Both the position numbers and the translations under genes were made by a program. From Centroscyllium fabricii (lineage: Eukaryota), in NCBI GenBank assembly GCA_051313645.2, contig JBNRSN020000001.1, positions 420,608,001 to 420,672,000 of the forward strand: a DNA stretch of 64,000 nucleotides, written 5' to 3'. Shown here one piece after another: positions 60,607 through 64,000 of this stretch. The notes beneath the pieces were generated by a model. It was not told the DNA's origin. It did not search any database and saw only the letters and a program-made list of their open reading frames with translations. The number at the start of each line of letters is the position of its first letter. The stretch's first letter is position 1.

Positions 60607-63600
60607 TGTGGTAACCGTTGATATACAGTTATTTACCACCATAATATTGTGTCCAATATTATCTGTATGTGTAGCGGTCGGGTGCATGATGCAACTGTCC
60701 TGTGTTGCGACACTGTCGTGGGGCCAGGTCAGCCACACCTCTAACTCCTCCCTCAGGTGAGTGCCTTATAGGTGGGGACTGACCGGCCCCCATTCATTCT
60801 GTACCTGATGTTCGATTGGAGCGTAGCTCCATTGTAAGCTAATAAAAGCCTTGAGTTAAGGTAACTACTCGTCTTTAGTTTTATTAGATTATTGACGATA
60901 CGTCAATTTTATTAGCTTAAAAATTTGAAATGGAGAGCGGCGCTGTGAAACCCGAAAAGCTGGACATTAGTACACAGGACCCAGCCGCCGCCAACACCTT
61001 CGAACACTGGTTCGGCCTCCTGGAGGCCTACATGGACGCCGCCAAGGCTACAACCGAGGGGAACAAGTTACAAGTTCTCCGATCCAGAATCTCCAGCCGG
61101 GTATTCTCTTTCATCCGTGACGCCAAAACGTACCCCGATGCGATGGCTAAACTGAAGAAATGCTACGAGCGCCCAGTCCACTCAGTCTACGCCAGACACG
61201 TGCTCGCGACCAGACCACAACTACCGAGTGAGTCAAATGAGCAGTTCGAGCAGGTGCTCCAAGCCCTGGTCCGTGTCTGTGGCTGCCAACCACGGACGGC
61301 AGAAGAAGAGGCGAACCTCCTCATCCGGGACGCCTATGTAATGGGACTCAGGTCCGCAGAGGCCCGCCAGCGGCTGCTGGAAAAAGACTCTTTGACTTTG
61401 GAGGAGGCGATCTCTATCTCCAACTCTGTGGACGGCGCACGCCGCAAACTGCAGGCGTACGGCGGCCCAAACCCACAAGCTTACGACACGTGGGCAGCCC
61501 CACAACGGGTCGAGACCCCTGCGATGGCAGCGGCAGCTGCGAAACCGCCGGCGGAGAAAAGATGCTACTTCTGCGGCCAGGGACTACACCCACGGGCGAA
61601 ATGCCCAGCAAAGACCGCGACCTGCGAGAGGTGCTCCAAGAAGGGACACTATGCCAAGGCCTGCAGATCAGCCCCGGCGTCCAGCTCCAGGTACAACAGC
61701 GCGGCCTGTGAAAGCTCTCAGGTAAGCTGCAACTGCAGCGCGACCCAGCAACGGTCCGGGGGTAGAGTACAAGCGCCCCCATCTCCCACACTGAGGCGGC
61801 AGAGGCCGGCTGCACCCACGGCACGCCAAACTCAGCCACGGCCGGCCATGCGCGACCCTCCAACGCCAGCATCCCGCCCAGCGCGGCCCGCTGCGTGCGA
61901 ATCACGGGCACCGCCACCGCATCTACAGCGGCCCGCTGCGTGTGAACCACGGGCGCCGCCATCTTGTCCGCAGCGGCCTGCCATGTGCGACCCCCGGCAC
62001 CGCCATCTTGTCTTCAGCGACCAGCCATGTGCGACTCGCCGGCGCCGCCGTTTTGTCCCCAGAGGCCGGCCATGTGCGAACCACGGGCACCGCCATCTTG
62101 TGTACGGCCCCGACCAGCGGAGGGCTCACACACACACTCACACACTTCGGCCTCAGCTATCCCGAAAGTTGATCAGGCTAGGCCGCACACCCAATCAAAT
62201 TCCATGATGGGGATTAAAGTTAATTGCCATGTCACGAACTGCCTGTTCGACACCGGAAGCACAGAGAGCTTTATTCACCCTGATACAGTGCAGCGCTACG
62301 GACTGCAGATCCGGCCCACGCGCTACCAAGTCTCCCTTGCTTCACAGTCCCACACCGCGGACGTCACTGGCTACTGCTCCGTCACGCTCACAGTTAAGGG
62401 CAGCGTGTACTGTAATTTTAAACTGTACATTCTGAAGCAGTTGTGCTCCCCAGTCTTACTCGGACTGGATTTCCAGTGCCACCTTGAGAGCCTGACAATG
62501 GAGTTCGGCGGGACCCTGCCCCCCCTCACCGTCAGTAGCCGGGACAATCCCTTCCCAAAGCGGAGCCCGGCCTGCGGCCTCTCCACCCTGAAAGTCGACC
62601 ACCCCTCACTGTTCGCCAACCTGGACCCCAACTGCAAACCCATTGCTACCAAGAGTCGGCGTTACAGTGCAGGGGATCGGACGTTTATCAGGTCGGAGGT
62701 CGGGCGTATGCTAAAGGAGGGGATAATTGAAGCCAGCACCAGCCCCTGGCGGGCCCAGGTTGTAGTGGTGAAGACTGGCGAGAAACACCGGATGGTTATC
62801 GATTATAGCCAGACCATTAACCGCTACACCGGGCTCGACGCCTACCCCCTCCCCCGCATCTCGGAAATGGTTAACCAGATCGCCCAATATAAGGTGTTCT
62901 CCACAATCGACCTTAAGTCGGCGCATCACCAACTCCCAATCCGGAAAGCCGACCGCCCGTACACCGCCTTCGAGGCGAACGGTCGGCTCTACCACTTCCT
63001 CCGGGTCCCCTTCGGCATGATCAACGGAGTGTCAGTGTTCCAACGGGAGATGGACCGCATGGTTGACCAAAACGGGTTGCAGGCCACCTTCCCCTACCTG
63101 GACAACGTGACTATCTGCGGCCATGACCAGCAGGACCACGATGCCAATCTGGCCAAATTTCTCGACACGGCGAAATGGCTGGATCTCACATACAACAAAG
63201 ACAAGTGTGTCTTTAGTACAGATCGGCTCTCCATCCTCGGATACGTGGTGGAAAACGGGGTCCTCGGCCCCGACCCACAGCGTATGCACCCCTTACAGGA
63301 ACTGCCCCTTCCTCACAACCCCAAAGCCCTGAAGAGATGTCTAGGATTTTTCTCTTATTACGCGCAATGGGTTCCCCAATTCGCGGATAAGGCCAGACCG
63401 CTCCTCAAGGCTGCCGTCTTCCCCCTCTCGGCAGAAGCCCACACGGCGTTCGCCCGGATCAAGGAAGATATCATCAAGGCGACCATGCACGCCGTTGATG
63501 AGTCCATCCCTTTCCAGGTGGAGAGTGACGCTTCGGACTTTGCCCTTGCCGCCACCCTGAATCAGGCAGGCAGGCCCGTACCGTATTTCTCCCGCACCTT

Positions 63601-64000
63601 ACAGGGACCCGAAATTCGCCACTCTGCAGTGGAAAAGGAGGCTCAGGCCATCGTGGAGGCCATGCGCTACTGGCGTCATTACCTGGCCGGTAAGCGTTTT
63701 ACCCTGCTCACCGACCAACGGTCGGTCACGTTTATGTTTAACAATAAACAAAAGGGTAAAATCAAGAATGATAAGATCCTGCGGTGGCGGATCGAGCTCT
63801 CGACTTACGAGTACGACATTCTTTACTGACCAGGCAAACTCAATGAACCCCCGGACGCACTGTCCAGGGGAACGTGCGCCAGTGCCCAGCTAGTCCGGCT
63901 GAAGGAACTCCACGATCGCCTCTGTCACCCGGGTGTCACCAGACTTGCCCACTTCGTAAAATCCCGTAGCCTCCCCTACTCCATCACGGAGATCAAGGCT
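60607..64000 (+). mobile_element. Gypsy (YLDN-RT lineage), running off the window end
   Basis: 5' LTR at 60607-60905; self-complementary PBS; gag ATG at 60930, CCHC, PR DTGS, RT YLDN, RH; 1-nt loss near 61996; CGA>TGA stop at 63827. Confidence 0.93.

Noticed and set aside
61870-62110. CRISPR-like repeat array (also 16099-16260)
   Set aside because: Degenerate coding tandem repeats without unique spacers, in a vertebrate retroelement; no cas genes.

Overview
Eukaryotic genomic DNA, almost certainly from a cartilaginous fish (HE1-like V-SINEs, a SacSINE1-like DeuSINE, abundant CR1 LINEs). The only host gene is a + strand class C GPCR of the GPRC6A/CaSR/V2R family, closest to GPRC6A by motif. 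Its last four coding exons are 43-831, 5788-5988, 20446-20566 and 34321-35441, with an intact frame and all nine cysteines of the cysteine-rich domain. Most of the rest is nested transposons: CR1, RTE, L2, other LINEs, SINEs, MITEs, Penelope-type hammerhead remnants and at least nine Gypsy-type LTR insertions. Most notable: (1) a Gypsy lineage with no tRNA primer site, whose PBS is a perfect, covarying complement of its own LTR poly(A)-signal region (self-priming), and whose RT has YLDN instead of YxDD in all three copies; (2) a very young Tf1/sushi-type self-priming element with apparently identical 655-bp LTRs that encodes only an intact Gag-protease ORF; (3) a Penelope hairpin with 23 A>G changes and 7 compensatory T>C changes, consistent with ADAR hyper-editing fixed in the genome. 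All coordinates and counts are by eye and no database searches were run.
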